The position numbers and the translations under genes were made by a program. Shown here piece after piece: positions 1 to 14,294 of a stretch of DNA of 63,855 nucleotides. The DNA is taken from NCBI GenBank assembly GCA_035084275.1, contig CM068769.1, positions 1,612,146-1,676,000 of the forward strand. Direction: 5' to 3'. Below the pieces are notes generated by a model. The model was not told the DNA's origin, did no database searches, and was given only the letters and a program-made list of their open reading frames with translations. Every line of letters begins with the position of its first letter. The first letter of the stretch is position 1. Source of the stretch: Hydrolagus colliei. Its lineage: Eukaryota.

Positions 1-2185
1 GACACACACACAAACACATATAGATTGGGAGAGCGACACACACACAGAGATTGGTAGAGAGACACACACACACACACATATTGGGAGAGAGAGACACACA
101 CACACACACAGAGACTGGGAGAGAGAGACACACACATACACAGACTGAGATAAATACATATACACACAGACTGAGAGAGACACACACATACTGGAAGAGA
201 CAGAGATACGCAAACACACATACTGGGAGAGAGAGAGACACACACAGAGATTGGGAGAGAGAGACACCCACACACACACAGAGACTAGGAGAGAGAGAGA
301 CACACACAAACACACAAAGATTGGGAGAGAGAGAGTCACACACACACAGATACTGAGAGAGACACACGCACACACAAACTGGGAGAGAGAGACACGCACG
401 CACACACAGAATGGGAGAGAGAGAGACACACACACACAGAGAGAGACTGGGAGGGAGACACACACACACACGCAGACTGGGGGAGAGAGAGACACACACA
501 CACACAGAGAGATTGGGAGAGAGAGACACACACACAGATTGGGAGAGAGAGACACACACATACAGAGACTGAGAGAGAGAGAGTCACACACACACACACA
601 CATACTGGAAGAGAGAGAGACACGCACACACACAGACTGAGAGACACACGCACACACACACAAAGATTGGGAGAGAGAGAGTCACAAACACACGGATACT
701 GAGAGAGAGAGACACATACACACAGAGACTGGGAGAGAGAGACACACACATAAACTGGGAGACACACACACACACGGACTGGGAGAGAGACACACACACA
801 GACTGGGAGAGACTGGGAGAGAGAGACACACACACACACAGACTGGGAGAGAGACACACACACACAGAGACTGGGAGAGAGAGAGACACACACACACACA
901 GACTGGGAGAGACTGGGTGAGAGAGACACACACACAGACTGGGAGAGAGACACACACACACAGCGACTGGGAGAGAGAGACACACACACACACAGACTGA
1001 GAGAGACACACACACACACATAGACTGATAGAGAGACACACACACACATACTGGAAGTGAGAGAGAGACACACACACAGACTGGGAGAGAGACACACACA
1101 CACACACACAGAGACTGAGAGACACACACACACAAAGATTGGGAGAGAGAGAGACACACACACACACACACAGACTGAGAGACACACACACACAAAGATT
1201 GGGAGAGAGAGAGTCACACACACACAGATACTGAGAGAGACACACGCACACACAAACTGTGAGAGAGAGGGACACGCACGCACACACAGAATGGGAGAGA
1301 GAGAGACACACACACACAGAGACTGGGAGAGAGAGACACACAAACACACGCAGACTGGGAGAGAGAGACACACACACACACACACACAGGGAGAGCGACA
1401 CACACACAGAGAGATTGGGAGAGAGAGAGACACACACACACACACACAGAGATTGGGAGAGAGAGACACACACATACACACAGAGACTGGATGAGAGAGA
1501 GAGACACACGTACACAGACTGAGAGAAAGACACATACACACAGACTGAGAGAGACACACACACACATACACGCAGATTGGGAGAGAGAGACACGCACACA
1601 CAGATACTGAGAGAGAGAGACACACACACACACACATACTGGAAGAGAGAGAGACACGCACACACACAGACTGAGAGACACACGCACACACACACAAAGA
1701 TTGGGAGAGAGAGAGTCACACACACACGGATACTGAGAGAGAGAGACACACACACACAGAGACTGGGAGAGAGAGACACACACATCAACTGGGAGACACA
1801 CGCAAACACAGACTGGGAGAGAGACACACACACAGACTGGGAGAGAGAGAGACACACACACACAGACTGGGAGAGAGACACACACACACACACACAGAGA
1901 CTGGGAGAGAGAGACACACACACACACAGACTGAGAGAAAGACACATACACACAGACTGAGAGAGACACACACACATACACACAGATTGGGAGAGAGAGA
2001 CACACACACACACAGAGACTGAGAGAGATACACACACACACACATACTGGAAGAGATAGAGATACGCACACACAAATACTGGGAGAGAGAGACACACACA
2101 CAGAGATTGAGAGAGAGAGACACCCACACACACAGAGAGACTGGGAGAGAGAGAGAGAGAGACACACACACACACAGACTGAGAG

Positions 2186-2216
<31 letters not shown>

Positions 2217-3425
2217 GATTGGGAGAGAGAGAGTCACACACACACACAGATACTGAGAGAGACACACAAATTGGGAGAGAGAGAGACACGCACGCACACA
2301 CACACACAGAATGGGAGAGAGAGAGACACAGAATGGGAGAGAGAGAGACACACACACACACACACACACGGAGACTGGGAGATATACACACACACACACA
2401 GACTGGGAGAGAGAGACACACACACAAACACATATAGATTGGGAGAGCGACACACACACAGGGAGATTGGGAGAGAGAGACACACACACAGATTGGGAGA
2501 GAGAGACACACGCACACACACACAGACTGGGAGAGAGAGAGACACACATACACAGACTGAGAGAAAGACACATACACACAGACTGAGAGAGAGACACACA
2601 CACATACACACAGATTGGGAGAGAGAGACACACACACACAGAGATTGAGAGAGAGAGAGAGACACACACACACACACATACTGGAAGAGAGAGAGACACG
2701 CACATACACAGACTGGGAGATAGAGAGACACACACAGAGATTGGGAGAGAGAGACATCCACACACAGAGAGAGACTGGGAGAGAGAGACACACACACACA
2801 CACACACACAGACTGAGAGAAAGACGCACACACACACACAGACTGAGAGACACACACACACACACATAGACTGAGAGACACACACACACACACACACAAA
2901 GATTGGGAGAGAGAGAGTCACACTCACACAGATACTGAGAGAGAGACACACACACAGAGACTGGGAGAGAGAGAAACACACATAAACTGGGAGACACACA
3001 CACACAGACTGGGAGAGAGACACACACACAGACTGGGAGAGACTGGTAGAGAGAGAGACACACACACACAGACTGGGAGAGAGACACACAAACACACACA
3101 GACTGGGAGAGAGAGAGAGAGACACACACACACACAGAGAGAGACTGGGAGAGAGAGACACACACACACACAGACTGAGAGAAAGTCACATACACACAGA
3201 CTGAGAGAGACACACACACATAAACACAGATTGGGAGAGAGAGACACACACACAGAGACTGAGAGAGACACACACACACACACATACTGGAAGAGATAGA
3301 GATACGCACACACAAATACTGGGAGAGAGAGACACACACGCAGAGATTGGGAGAGAGAGACACCCACATACACAGAGAGACTGGGAGAGAGAGAGAGAGA
3401 GACACACACACACACAGACTGAGAG

Positions 3426-3456
<31 letters not shown>

Positions 3457-5005
3457 GATTGGGAGAGAGAGAGTCACACACACACACAGATACTGAGAGA
3501 GACACACAAATTGGGAGAGAGAGAGACACGCACGCACACACACACACATAATGGGAGAGAGAGAGACACAGAATGGGAGAGAGAGAGAGACACACACACA
3601 CACACACACGGAGACTGGGAGATATACACACACACACACACACAGACTGGGAGAGAGAGACACACACACAAACACATATAGATTGGGAGAGCGACACACA
3701 CACAGGGAGATTGGGAGAGAGAGACACACACACACAGATTGGGAGAGAGAGACACACGCACACACACACAGACTGGGAGAGAGAGAGACACACATACACA
3801 GACTGAGAGAAAGACACATACACACAGACTGAGAGAGAGACACACACACATACACACAGATTGGGAGAGAGAGACACACACACACAGAGATTGAGAGAGA
3901 GAGAGACACACACACACACACACATACTGGAAGAGAGAGAGACACGCACATACACAGACTGGGAGATAGAGAGACACACACAGAGATTGGGAGAGAGAGA
4001 CATCCACACACAGAGAGAGTCTGGGAGAGAGAGACACACACACAGACTGAGAGAAAGACGCACACACACACACATAGACTGAGAGACACACACACACACA
4101 CACAAAGATTGGGAGAGAGAGAGTCACACTCACACAGATACTGAGAGAGAGACACACACACACACAGAGACTGGGAGAGAGAGACACATACAAACTGGGA
4201 GACACACACACATAGACTGGGAGAGAGACACACACACAGAATGGGAGAGACTGGTAGAGAGAGAGACACACACACACAGACTGGGAGAGAGACACACAAA
4301 CACACATAGACTGGGAGAGAGAGAGAGACACACACACACACAGAAAGACTGGGGGAGAGACACACACACAATTTGGGAGAAAGAGACGCACACTCACACA
4401 GAGTGGGAGAGACTGTGGGAAAGAGACAGACATACACACACACACAGACTGGGAGAGAGAGAGACACACACACACAGACTGAGAGAGAGACACACACACA
4501 CACAGAGAGACTGGGGGAGTGACACACACACACAGATTGGGCGAGAGACACACACAAACACTGGGAGGGAGAGACACACACACACAGCGAGACTGGGAGA
4601 GAGACGCACACACAGACTGGGAGAGAGGCACACACACACACAGACTGGGAGAGAGAGAGACACACACACACAGAGATTGGGAGAGACACACACACACACA
4701 GAGATTGGGAGAGAGAAACACGCACACACAGAGACTGGGAGAGAGAGACACACACACACTCACATACAGACTGAGAGAAAGACACACACACAGACTGAGA
4801 GAGGCACACACACACACAGATTGGGAGAGAGAGAGACACACACACAGACTGGGAGAGAGAGAGACACACACACACTGACTGGGAGAGGGACACACACACA
4901 AACTGGGAGAGAGAGAGACACACACACACACAGACTGGGAGAAAGAGACACACAGACTGGGAGAGAGAGACACACACCGACTGAGAGAGAGAGACACGCA
5001 CACAC

Positions 5006-5155
5006 ACAACAGCAACAACAACAAAACTTACATTTATATAGCGCCTTTCACGTCGAGAGGACGTCCCAAGGCGCTGTACAGTCAGGTAGGACAAGAGAGG
5101 TTTGGGAAGGATCAGGGCAGGATGAAGAATAGTAGGAAAAGTAAGACTGGGAGAA
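5006..5155 (-). mobile_element. 3' part of L2-tailed SINE
   Basis: Reverse complement of ...ttgggacgtcctctcgacgtgaaaggcgctatataaatgtaag(ttg)n. It closely matches the + strand copy at ~34670-34810. Confidence 0.8.
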
Positions 5156-5156
5156 A

Positions 5157-5320
5157 NNNNNNNNNNNNNNNNNNNNNNNNNNNNNNNNNNNNNNNNNNNN
5201 NNNNNNNNNNNNNNNNNNNNNNNNNNNNNNNNNNNNNNNNNNNNNNNNNNNNNNNNNNNNNNNNNNNNNNNNNNNNNNNNNNNNNNNNNNNNNNNNNNNN
5301 NNNNNNNNNNNNNNNNNNNN
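5157..5320. other. Assembly gap (164 N)
   Basis: Run of N inside the satellite. Confidence 1.
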
Positions 5321-5936
5321 CACACACAGACTGGGAGAGAGAGAGACACACACACACACAGACTGAGAGAGAGACACACACACAGACTGGGAGAGAGACA
5401 CACACAAAGACTGGGAGGGAGAGAGAAACACAAACACACACACAGACTGGGAGAGCGAGAGACACACACACAGAGACGGGAAGAGCGACACACACACAGA
5501 CTGGCAGAGTAAGACACACACACGCAGACTGGGAGAGAGAGACATGCACACACAGACTGGGAGAGAGAGAGACACACAGACTGACTGAGAGAGCGAGAGA
5601 GACACACACACGCAGACTGGGAGAGAGACACACACACGCAGATTGGGAGAGAGACACACACACAGACTGGGAGGTAGAGAGAGACACACACACAGACTGG
5701 GAGAGAGAGACACACACACACAGTCTGGGAGAGAGAGACACACACAGACGAAGAGAAAGACACGCACACACACAGACTGGGAGAGAGAGAAACACGCACA
5801 CACACAGACTGGGAGAGAGAGACACACACACACACACACACAAACACACAAACAAACAGAGACTGGCAGGGAGAGAGACACACACACACAGAGACTGGGA
5901 GAGAGAGAAAGACATGCACACACACGGACTTCTAGT

Positions 5937-8900
5937 ACAACAACAACAAATTACACTTACAAAGCGCCTTTCACGTATGGAGGACGTCCCAAGGCGTTGC
6001 ACAGAAGGCGTGTGTCCCGAGCTTGGAGGGGAGTGTACGGGAAGGGGTGAAACACGTAGGGGAGGGAAGAATTCTGGTTGGTCCAAAAGGCACAGTCGAA
6101 GAAGAAAGTCTTCAAACCGGCCTTGAAAGAGGAAAGGGAAGAAACGAGACGGAGGGATTGGGGATGGAATTCCGTAGGGTGGGAACAGAACAACTGAAGA
6201 CCCGGCCTCCAATGGTGGGGCGGTTCGGGCGGGGGGCTTGGAGCAGGCCAAGTCCTGCTGAACGGAGGGTCCGAGTGGGCTTGTAGGGGGAGAGTAAGCT
6301 GGTTAAATAGGGCGGGGCAAGGCAATGTAAGGCCTTGAAGATGAGGACCAGTATCGTGAACTCGATCCTCTGGAGCTTGTGGAGCCAGTGGAGATGGGCG
6401 AGGGTGGGGGTTATGTGGTCGCGGAGGCGGTTGCGGGATAATACAGGGGCGGTTGCGGGATAATACATGTCGGACAGACATGCTTTCAGAACATGGATGA
6501 TCTGGTGGTTGAGGGATGAGGCAGACAGGTACAGCTGGGTGTCGTCCGCATACATGTGGAAATTTACCCCATGTTTGCGGATGACATCGCAAAGAGGGAG
6601 CGTATCAATCGTGAAAAGGAGGGGGCCGAGGACAGAGCCCTGAGGGACGCCGTGAGAAACTGTGCGGGGGTTTGAGGAAAAGCCATTGGAAGATAGAAAG
6701 TGTAAACAGTGGGTCAGGTAAGAATGGAACCAATCAACGACTGTGCCTTGAATGTTGAGGTGGGAAGAAAGACGTTGGAGGACGATGGTGTGATCTACTG
6801 TGTCGAACGCAGCAGACAGGTCAAGGGGGACGAGGAGGCAAAGGGAGCCCTGGTCACAGGCGGTTAGGATATCATTTATAACGTTAACCAGGGCAGTTTC
6901 TGTGCTGTGAATCGGGCGCAACCTGATTGTAGGGGTTCAAGGATTGAGTGAGGTGAAAGGAAAGAGCGGAGCTGGGAGGCCACCAATCTTTCAAGGACCT
7001 TGGATAAAAACGGGATGTGGGAGATGGTTCGATAGGTTGGTGGTTGTGACGCATCAAGGAAGGGTTTATTCAGGATAGGGGTGATGGTGGCTGTTTTAAG
7101 GGAGGTAGGGGCGGCGCCTGAGGAGAGGAAATGGTTGATGATGTCAGAAATGAACGGTGCCAAAAGGTGGAGCCGGGTGTGGGGATAGGTTCCAATGAGC
7201 ACGTGGTGGGTTTCATGGAGGTGATTATTTTTGTGATTGAAGACGTGGTAGTGGGGTTGAAAGTATGAAATGGGGGGTTGGTGGTTGTGGAGGTAACGGA
7301 TGGAGGGGCGGAGGTGGAGGAGGGTTGGGGGGAGGAAACAGCGGAGCAGATTTTCTCTATTTTGGACTCGAGTAAGTCCAACATCTCCTCACAACGTTCG
7401 TTTGAGGAGAGGATCTGCGAAGCGAGACGGGGGGGCGGAGGAGCTGTTTGGTGGTGGTGAAGAGGAGACGGTGGTTGTCCTTCGCTTCCAGGCTTATTCT
7501 GGAATAAAAGACTGATTTGGCGGTGGCTAGGGCGGAGCTGTAAAATCTGATGCAGTCCAGCCAGATTTTCCGGGTGGACCTTGAGGCCAGATTTGAGCCA
7601 GGTGCGTTCAGCTGCTCTCACTTGGCTTTTGAGGGAGAGGAGGTGAGTTGTGTACCACGGTGATGATCGGGAGTGGGAGACGGTTCTGGAGGTGATGGGG
7701 GCTAGGGTGTCGAGGGTAGTGGAGAGGGTGTTGTGGAGGGCGGTGGAGGCGGAGGATGGGTCGGTGCAAAAAGAGTGCCACTGTGGTCGGAGGTTTGGAG
7801 CGCAGAGGTGAAAGTTGGAGGGGGAATCTTCTTCCAGGGCCGGCAGAAGATGGTGGTGGGTTTGGAGGTGGAGGTGGGAGGGGTAGAGGTGTTGAACGAA
7901 AGGAAAAAGTTTCTGAAATGGCCTTGTCGGTGATGGTGACGCCAGAGACGTTGAGGCCTCGGGTGATCACCAGATCGAGTGGATGTCCGTGGGTGTGGGT
8001 GACAGTGTTAATGTGAAGGGAGAAGTTGAAAGACGAAATTAAAGAGGAGAATTCAGAGGAAATGGGGCAGGAGGGAGTGAAATGGAGGTTGACGTCGCCA
8101 AGAATGATGAGGCTATCAGAGGAAACGCAAAGTGAGGTTAAAAGTGAAGAGAAATCTGAAATGAAAGTGGGGGAGGGTTTGGGGGAGGCGATGTACTAAT
8201 AGGATTTTGAAGGAATTTTGAAGGGGCTGGCGGTGATGGTGGGGGACAGGGCACTTGGGGTGGCTGCTGTTGGACAGCCAGCGCCGAGTGCCACAGTGAG
8301 CCCGACGGAGGATTCCGAAACGGGAACAAAGGGAAGCGGTGGGAGGGTCGAGCAGGGACAGTAGTCGAGGAGGGCGAAGAGAAAGAAGGGTAGAGAAGGA
8401 ATAACGGAGAGGGAGGGATTGGGGGGAAAGAATTGAGGAGCGGAGGGAAGCTCGGGTCATGGCGGCAGCTTTATTGCGCACGCGGGAGACCACGAGCGAG
8501 GGATCATTGGGGCGGCATCATCCAAAGCTATGTGAGGCCGTGACAGGGGGATGCAGAGGCGCTGCGGTCTGGAGCATGGCCGGGACTAAGGCCGAAGCTG
8601 GGGCTGTGGGTTTCAGGGGCGGTTGCATGGGCTACGTGGGCCCGGGCCATGGGTCGACGGCTCAAGGCTGGAGCTGGGAACGGGGTAGAGAATCTCGGGG
8701 CTGTGTGTCTTGAAGCCGGTCATTGAGCCGGGGATGCGGGTCACGGAGCATTTGGTCGTGGGGCTGGAGCCGGTGGCTGTGGGTCCTGGGGCTGTGAGTT
8801 CTCGGGGCTGGATTCGTTGCTGTGGGTCCTGGGGCTGGGGCTGTGGCTGGGGTCTGGGGCCTGGGCTGTGGGTCTCGGGGCTGGAGCCAGGTCGAGCAAT

Positions 8901-9024
8901 CTCTGCTGTGTGCACTTCTTAATCTCATGCTGCACAGAGACATCTGTGAGTCTCGGGGGACAGAAGGGACACATAGAGGACAGCCTAGACATGTCCTCTA
9001 TGTTTCACTCTCGCCGCCATTTTT
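5937..9024 (-). mobile_element. L2-type (CR1 clade) LINE, apparently near full length but frameshifted
   Basis: RT fragments (HSTETAL...DLSAAFDTVDH, GVPQGSVLGPLLF, YADDTQLY) in ORFs 6112-6921, 6876-7202 and 7070-7621. Endonuclease-like frames lie at ~7600-8400. A (TTG)n tail is at 5937, and the 5' end has AAAATGGCGGCG at ~9012-9024. Confidence 0.88.
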
Positions 9025-12000
9025 AAAAGCTGCAGCATCATGCCAGTTTGCCAAATAATGTACCAAGGATCACTGTAGCCTGAGAAGTTTATTGACTCTG
9101 AATTTCTCCGGTACAAGAACAATAAAACACATGTAATCCATAATACTGCGAAATTTACCGATATCGCAAACAGTAAAATAATGGCTTTCCTTTGGTTCTT
9201 CATCTCTGGATCATTGTCTCCCTCACCTCTATTCCTGTCCCCATCACTGTGTCCCCGCAATCTCCTGCGGGCTCGACTGGCCACCAGGATGTGCCTGACA
9301 GCCAGGGGGTTGAGCAGCAAAATCCCAACGAATGGGAGATTTGGGGTTAAAACAAGGTCGAGGTGGTCAAACACATTCCATGGGATAAACGAGTAAACGC
9401 TTGCTTTGGTCACGCAAATCCACGATATGCTGTTAAATATGAACTCTGGTTCATAGTCAAAGTACGAGGGAATATTTACCCCAATGAAGAACAAACTGAA
9501 CCCCGCTATCACTGCAGCAGCTGTTTTTGCGGTGCAATATTTAGTTTTCAGTTGTTGGCAGCAGATAGCGACATATCGATCGAAGGCTAAAGCCACGGTT
9601 AGCCAGACAGAGATTGCCAATGGTGCAGTACTCAGTGCCTCTAGCAACGAGCAAACATGGGTGATGTTCACGAATGAATATGGGAAGTAGAAAGGAACAA
9701 TGCGATAGAAAATCACCACAAAAATTACCATCATCACATCAGGCACTGACATGGCCAGCAGATAGTGGGAGACACATTTTGAAAGACCGCACCTCCCTCG
9801 GGACAGGATCAGAATGGCTACCATGTTAGCTGCAGAGAGAGTGAAGGTAAAATGACCAGTTATAATAATCCATTTGTACAGTTCATCTTCTGCTGTTAAA
9901 GTAATATTTTCTGCTGCGCTTTCTGTTGGGTACTTTTCGCTTCTCTCACGTGAAGTCACTATTTTTGCGACATCAAAGTGCGATGGAGAGAAGTCTGGCT
10001 CGCTGCCCATCGCCAGCAGTCACATTCACACGCACATACAGAGACAGAAAAAGATGCACAGACAGCGGGAAATGCACTGACATGAAGACAGGGGAAGAGA
10101 GCAAGAAACAAAGACGGAACACACAGGACGATGTAGAGAAAAGTAAATTCAGGCAGAAATGCAGAAATACACTTTTCTGTATATCGGCAGAAAGATCTCT
10201 ACCCGTTCTGAGAGAGAGAGACCGTCACAGACAAAGGGGGAATGGGAGATACAGAGATACAACTACACAGAGAGTTAAACACAGACACAATGAGTTTGGT
10301 ACAGAGATACAACAAGACAGATAGATGCACTCAGACTGATAGATGGAGGGTTATTCAAAGACAGAGGGAGAGAATCACTGATACAAAGAGAAATGCACAG
10401 AGACAGATTCAGATAGATATATATGCACACAAGCAGCGAGAGCGACACATCGCCTAAATACACGTACACAAACATACAGATGAATTAGACAGATATGCAC
10501 ACAGAGAGATAAAATTACATACAAGGTGAGAAAGATTCACCGACAAATAGAGGCAATTCCACACACAGGGAATGGTAGTAAATATTTGAAGCAGATGTGG
10601 ATGTAGATCGATACATAGATAGACACACACACGCAACTAGAGAATGGGAACATAGAGGGGGGGGGGGGGCAGAGAGAAACAGAAGAACAGCCACATGCAG
10701 AGAGATATACAAAGAAGTACAGAATGAGACAGGGAGACAGATATAGGTCTTGTGGGGTCAGTCTAGAACGAGACACATGTAAAAACGTTTCACCTGCACA
10801 GCAGTAAACAAACCAAACTAAGACTTCCATGAATGTCAACATGTTAATCCCATAGATAGATTGTTGGAAAATAATGCAGACAAAAGCTATCTCTGCCTAT
10901 GTCTGCTGATCTATTTGTCCATGCGTAGCTCTTCCTCTCTCCCCCCCTCTCTCTCACCAAAGCTGGTGGTGTTCATGTCCGTATTTCAATATATAGCTCT
11001 ATTTCTGTATCACTGCAAATCTCCCTCTCACTGCCTGTGGGCAATATGCTTTACTTGCATATTCTTATGGATGGCGATATGATTCCTCAAGGACTCAAGT
11101 CCCCCAGCTGACCAAACTAAATCTATATAAACAGTTATGTGTGGAGTAAAGAAACTTGCCTTATGTTTCCCAATACTTCATAATGATACCCGGTCCACCG
11201 GCTTGAAAGTTCAATGCTGTAGTAAGGGAGAGAGGGGAATACGGATAGCGGAAAGATAGCTCAGAAGATACGTGGAGAAGGGGATTGATATCAATGGAAA
11301 GAGAGAGGGACACACATACATAGAGAAATAGGTACTCACAGTCACATATAGAGCGAGAGAGATAGACACAGATCAATAGATGAAGAGACAGCGAGATGTA
11401 AACAGGTAAAAATGTTGACATACAATGTGCAATAAACACGGTCAGAGAGCATGTAGCACGCAGTTTTGGACAATGCCGCAGGATTCTGGATCCTCAGCAG
11501 CCTGGGGAGGGAGTAATTGGGAAGACCGTCCAACAGAGTATTTGCATTGCCGAGCCGGAAAGTAATGAAGACATGAATGAGGCTATCAGCGGCTTTGAAG
11601 TGGTGCGTTATTGGCGGAGTCAGGCAATGTGGGTTAGATGAGGAAAGTAGGTGGGTGGCATTGCTTGGACGTGATGGAGGCAAGACACATGAGTGTCGAA
11701 CAAGACAACAACGTATCTGAGTGGCTTGATGAGGTCAAGTGAGCAACGATGGAGGTTGACACTGCCAGCGACGGATGCTTCAAGACGCTGGCGAGAGCCA
11801 ATCAACAGTGAATGTATAGAAAGAGCTAGAGAATAACAGAGAGATGAACGGATGCACTGAGACAGCGAGAGTGCTAACCAATCAGAAAGAAACAGAGAGA
11901 TAGACACGGAGAGAAATGGACACAAAGAGGCACAATTACATAGATATACAGAGAAAGAAAGAGAAAGATGCAAACACACAGAGATAATAATATTCAATCT

Positions 12001-14111
12001 TGCTTTTCATGTACCGCTTTTTGCGTCTTCCAGAAGTCTCAAAGTGCATCAAAGAATAGATTGAGTATAATTGAATTGACTGTCTATTTGTGAGAGAAAC
12101 GGAGCAAGTCAGTGTCACACAAGCAGTGATGGATTGAAATCAACAATTTTGGCAGGCATTATTAATAGGCGTGTAGAGTATGGAAACCTGCGCAATATTT
12201 CACCGTAACCTGCCAGGTATTGAACACAGATCTCTTGCTATTACGTCAAGTGCTCTTACCACTTAGCTACGGTAGAAGGGGAGGTACAGGGGATGGCGAT
12301 TTTCAAAGTATTGCAGAGACAGCGGCAGACACACAGAGGCACAGCTTGAGATACTGAGACAGACGGAAGCAGATCGGGAAAGACAGGTACACAACGCGTA
12401 CTTAAGGAGAGAAAGTTACGTACATGTAAATGAATAGAGGGCGAGAGAGCCGCACACAGTCGGAGAGAGGGAGTCACAGACAGCGGAGGAAGAAAGAGCA
12501 TTATATATGCAGACATACGGTGATACACGAGCAAAGAGAGTGAGGTGTAAACACACAACAAGAGAATGATACACACAGACACAGAGAAGAAATACATACC
12601 AACAAAGAGATTCACACACACAAAGTGAAAGCAATACACACTTTCTTTAGATGTGTAGAGATACAGATACAACATTAGATACATAGAAATATGTACACGC
12701 TGACGGAGAATAAGGGACAAACAGAATGAGAGAACAAAGAGAGGCAGAGACGTGCTCTCAGACAGTCAGAGTGCTACACACAGTGTGAGACAGGGGGATA
12801 ACGGGATAGCAAGAGATAAGCAGAGAAATTGAGAGAAAGGCATGGAGATATACATAAACAACATGAGTAAAAACAACAGCTTATATGTATGTAGCGCCTT
12901 TCGCACCGGGTAGCTAACACGGAGAGAGACAAATACAGAACCAGATCCAGGCACACTGCGAGAAAAATAAACAGAGAGAGCGCGCAACAGCTATAGAAAC
13001 TCAAACAGATATAAACCCAGCCACACAGGGAGAAAAGGTAAGACAAATGAGTAGGATACAGAAACAAAGGCATTCAGATAGATTCAGAATCACGCACAGC
13101 CAGAGGGATCCGGAGAGTCACGGAGACACAAAGAGAAAGAGAGAGCACAAATATACATAATAAGAATCCTAGTATTTTTAAGTAGCACTCTTCGAGTCTT
13201 GTCGGCTTCTCATGCGCTCGACCGAATCTACACTGACGTGAATTGACTGTAGATTTGTGCAGGAAATACAGCAGCCAATGGCGCATAAATTTGTTATGAA
13301 TGTGTTATTATTTTTTCGTTCTTGAGGGATTAATAACAGGTGTATGACGTAAGGTAACTTCTAAGGATGCTATCACACTGCCGGGAAATGAACGTCCATC
13401 TATCGATTCAACAAATTATTTCGCTGTTAATTTTTCAATCAAACAATGAATCAAAACTTAAATCTGCATAGCGTCGTTCACGTCGAAAGGACGTCCAAGG
13501 CGCTGTATTGTCAAGAGGGGACAAGGCAGTGGGGAGACGCCGTGGCAGGATGAAGAAGAGTAGGAAAATTGACTATATTTGTGGGATAAAATCGGAAGCC
13601 AGATTGCACAGAGCAGCGTCGCACAATCAGCCATAGCAGTGGGATTAGGGGAGAAAGTGGGCAAATATGGCATGGGGAGGTGGCGGGGGAGTCAGGGTAG
13701 GGAGAAGGAGAGCAGGAAAGCCGACGTTTTGTGGGCGAAACCCCACCCCATCGCAGCAGAAAATAGTGCTCAGCAGCGTCCCACAAACGGTCACTGAAAT
13801 TGGTACAGGGAGGAAGTGTGGAAAAGAGGGTAAAGGGGGAGAGGGATGTCAACGGGGCAGAGTGAAGGTAAAATGGGGTGGGGTAAAGTAATAGAGGAAA
13901 AGGGGGAAGCAACCAGGTTAAGTGGAAAATAAAAAGGGTTAAATGCCACAATTGCCTGATTCAGAGGGACAGTGGTAAACCGATCGAGCTGCAAGCCTTA
14001 ATGCATATTAATAAAGAAATTAACTTTGGTAAAACACTTGCCGGGAAAACCAAATGCAGCGAAAATCGGGTGGTAAATGTCTTCTATTCTGTGAATAATC
14101 GGAGTTGTCAT
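8985..14111 (-). pseudogene. Two-exon rhodopsin-class GPCR of the chondrichthyan GPR139-like expansion, truncated in TM7. Exon 1 14111-14042, exon 2 from 9829.
   Basis: Exon 1 reads MTTPIIHRIEDIYHPIFAAFGFP (70 nt, phase 1, GC donor gcaagt). The acceptor tgcag precedes 9829, giving ANMVAILILSRGRCGLSKC...AFDRYVAICCQQLKTKYC...MLQLL. The frame then runs into LINE sequence (KMAARVKHRGHV*), and the expected end of TM7 and C-tail are absent. Confidence 0.85.
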
Positions 14112-14294
14112 CTTCAAATCGGAAAAGATTATGTCTTCTCTCGGCAGAGGAAGCAGCTGACGGCTGAAAGATGATGCTAGAAAGTCTCAAACGGATTCTT
14201 ATATAAACCAACAGTGATCGCTTTGTTGAGCAATGTTACCACGGGGTCGTCGATGAATTTGAGCCGCATGCAAAACAGTTACTCAACCTGTGTA

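Larger units (their letters stand above)
1..5936. repeat. Complex (GA)n-(CA)n satellite built from units like GACTGG(GA)n(CA)n, with ~1.2-kb higher-order duplication
   Basis: Visible unit repetition. The block starting at 2221 recurs at 3461 (offset 1240). All long ORFs here are dinucleotide-repeat translations. Confidence 0.97.

Noticed and set aside
51-5925. Very long ORFs (up to 1747 aa) rich in C/V/S/L or R/E/T/H
   Set aside because: Stop-free translations of (GA)n/(CA)n repeats, with no domain structure.
9830-10010. N-terminal extension MGSEPDFSP... of the GPCR ORF
   Set aside because: Intron read-through. A good acceptor precedes 9829 and a family-typical exon 1 exists at 14111-14042.
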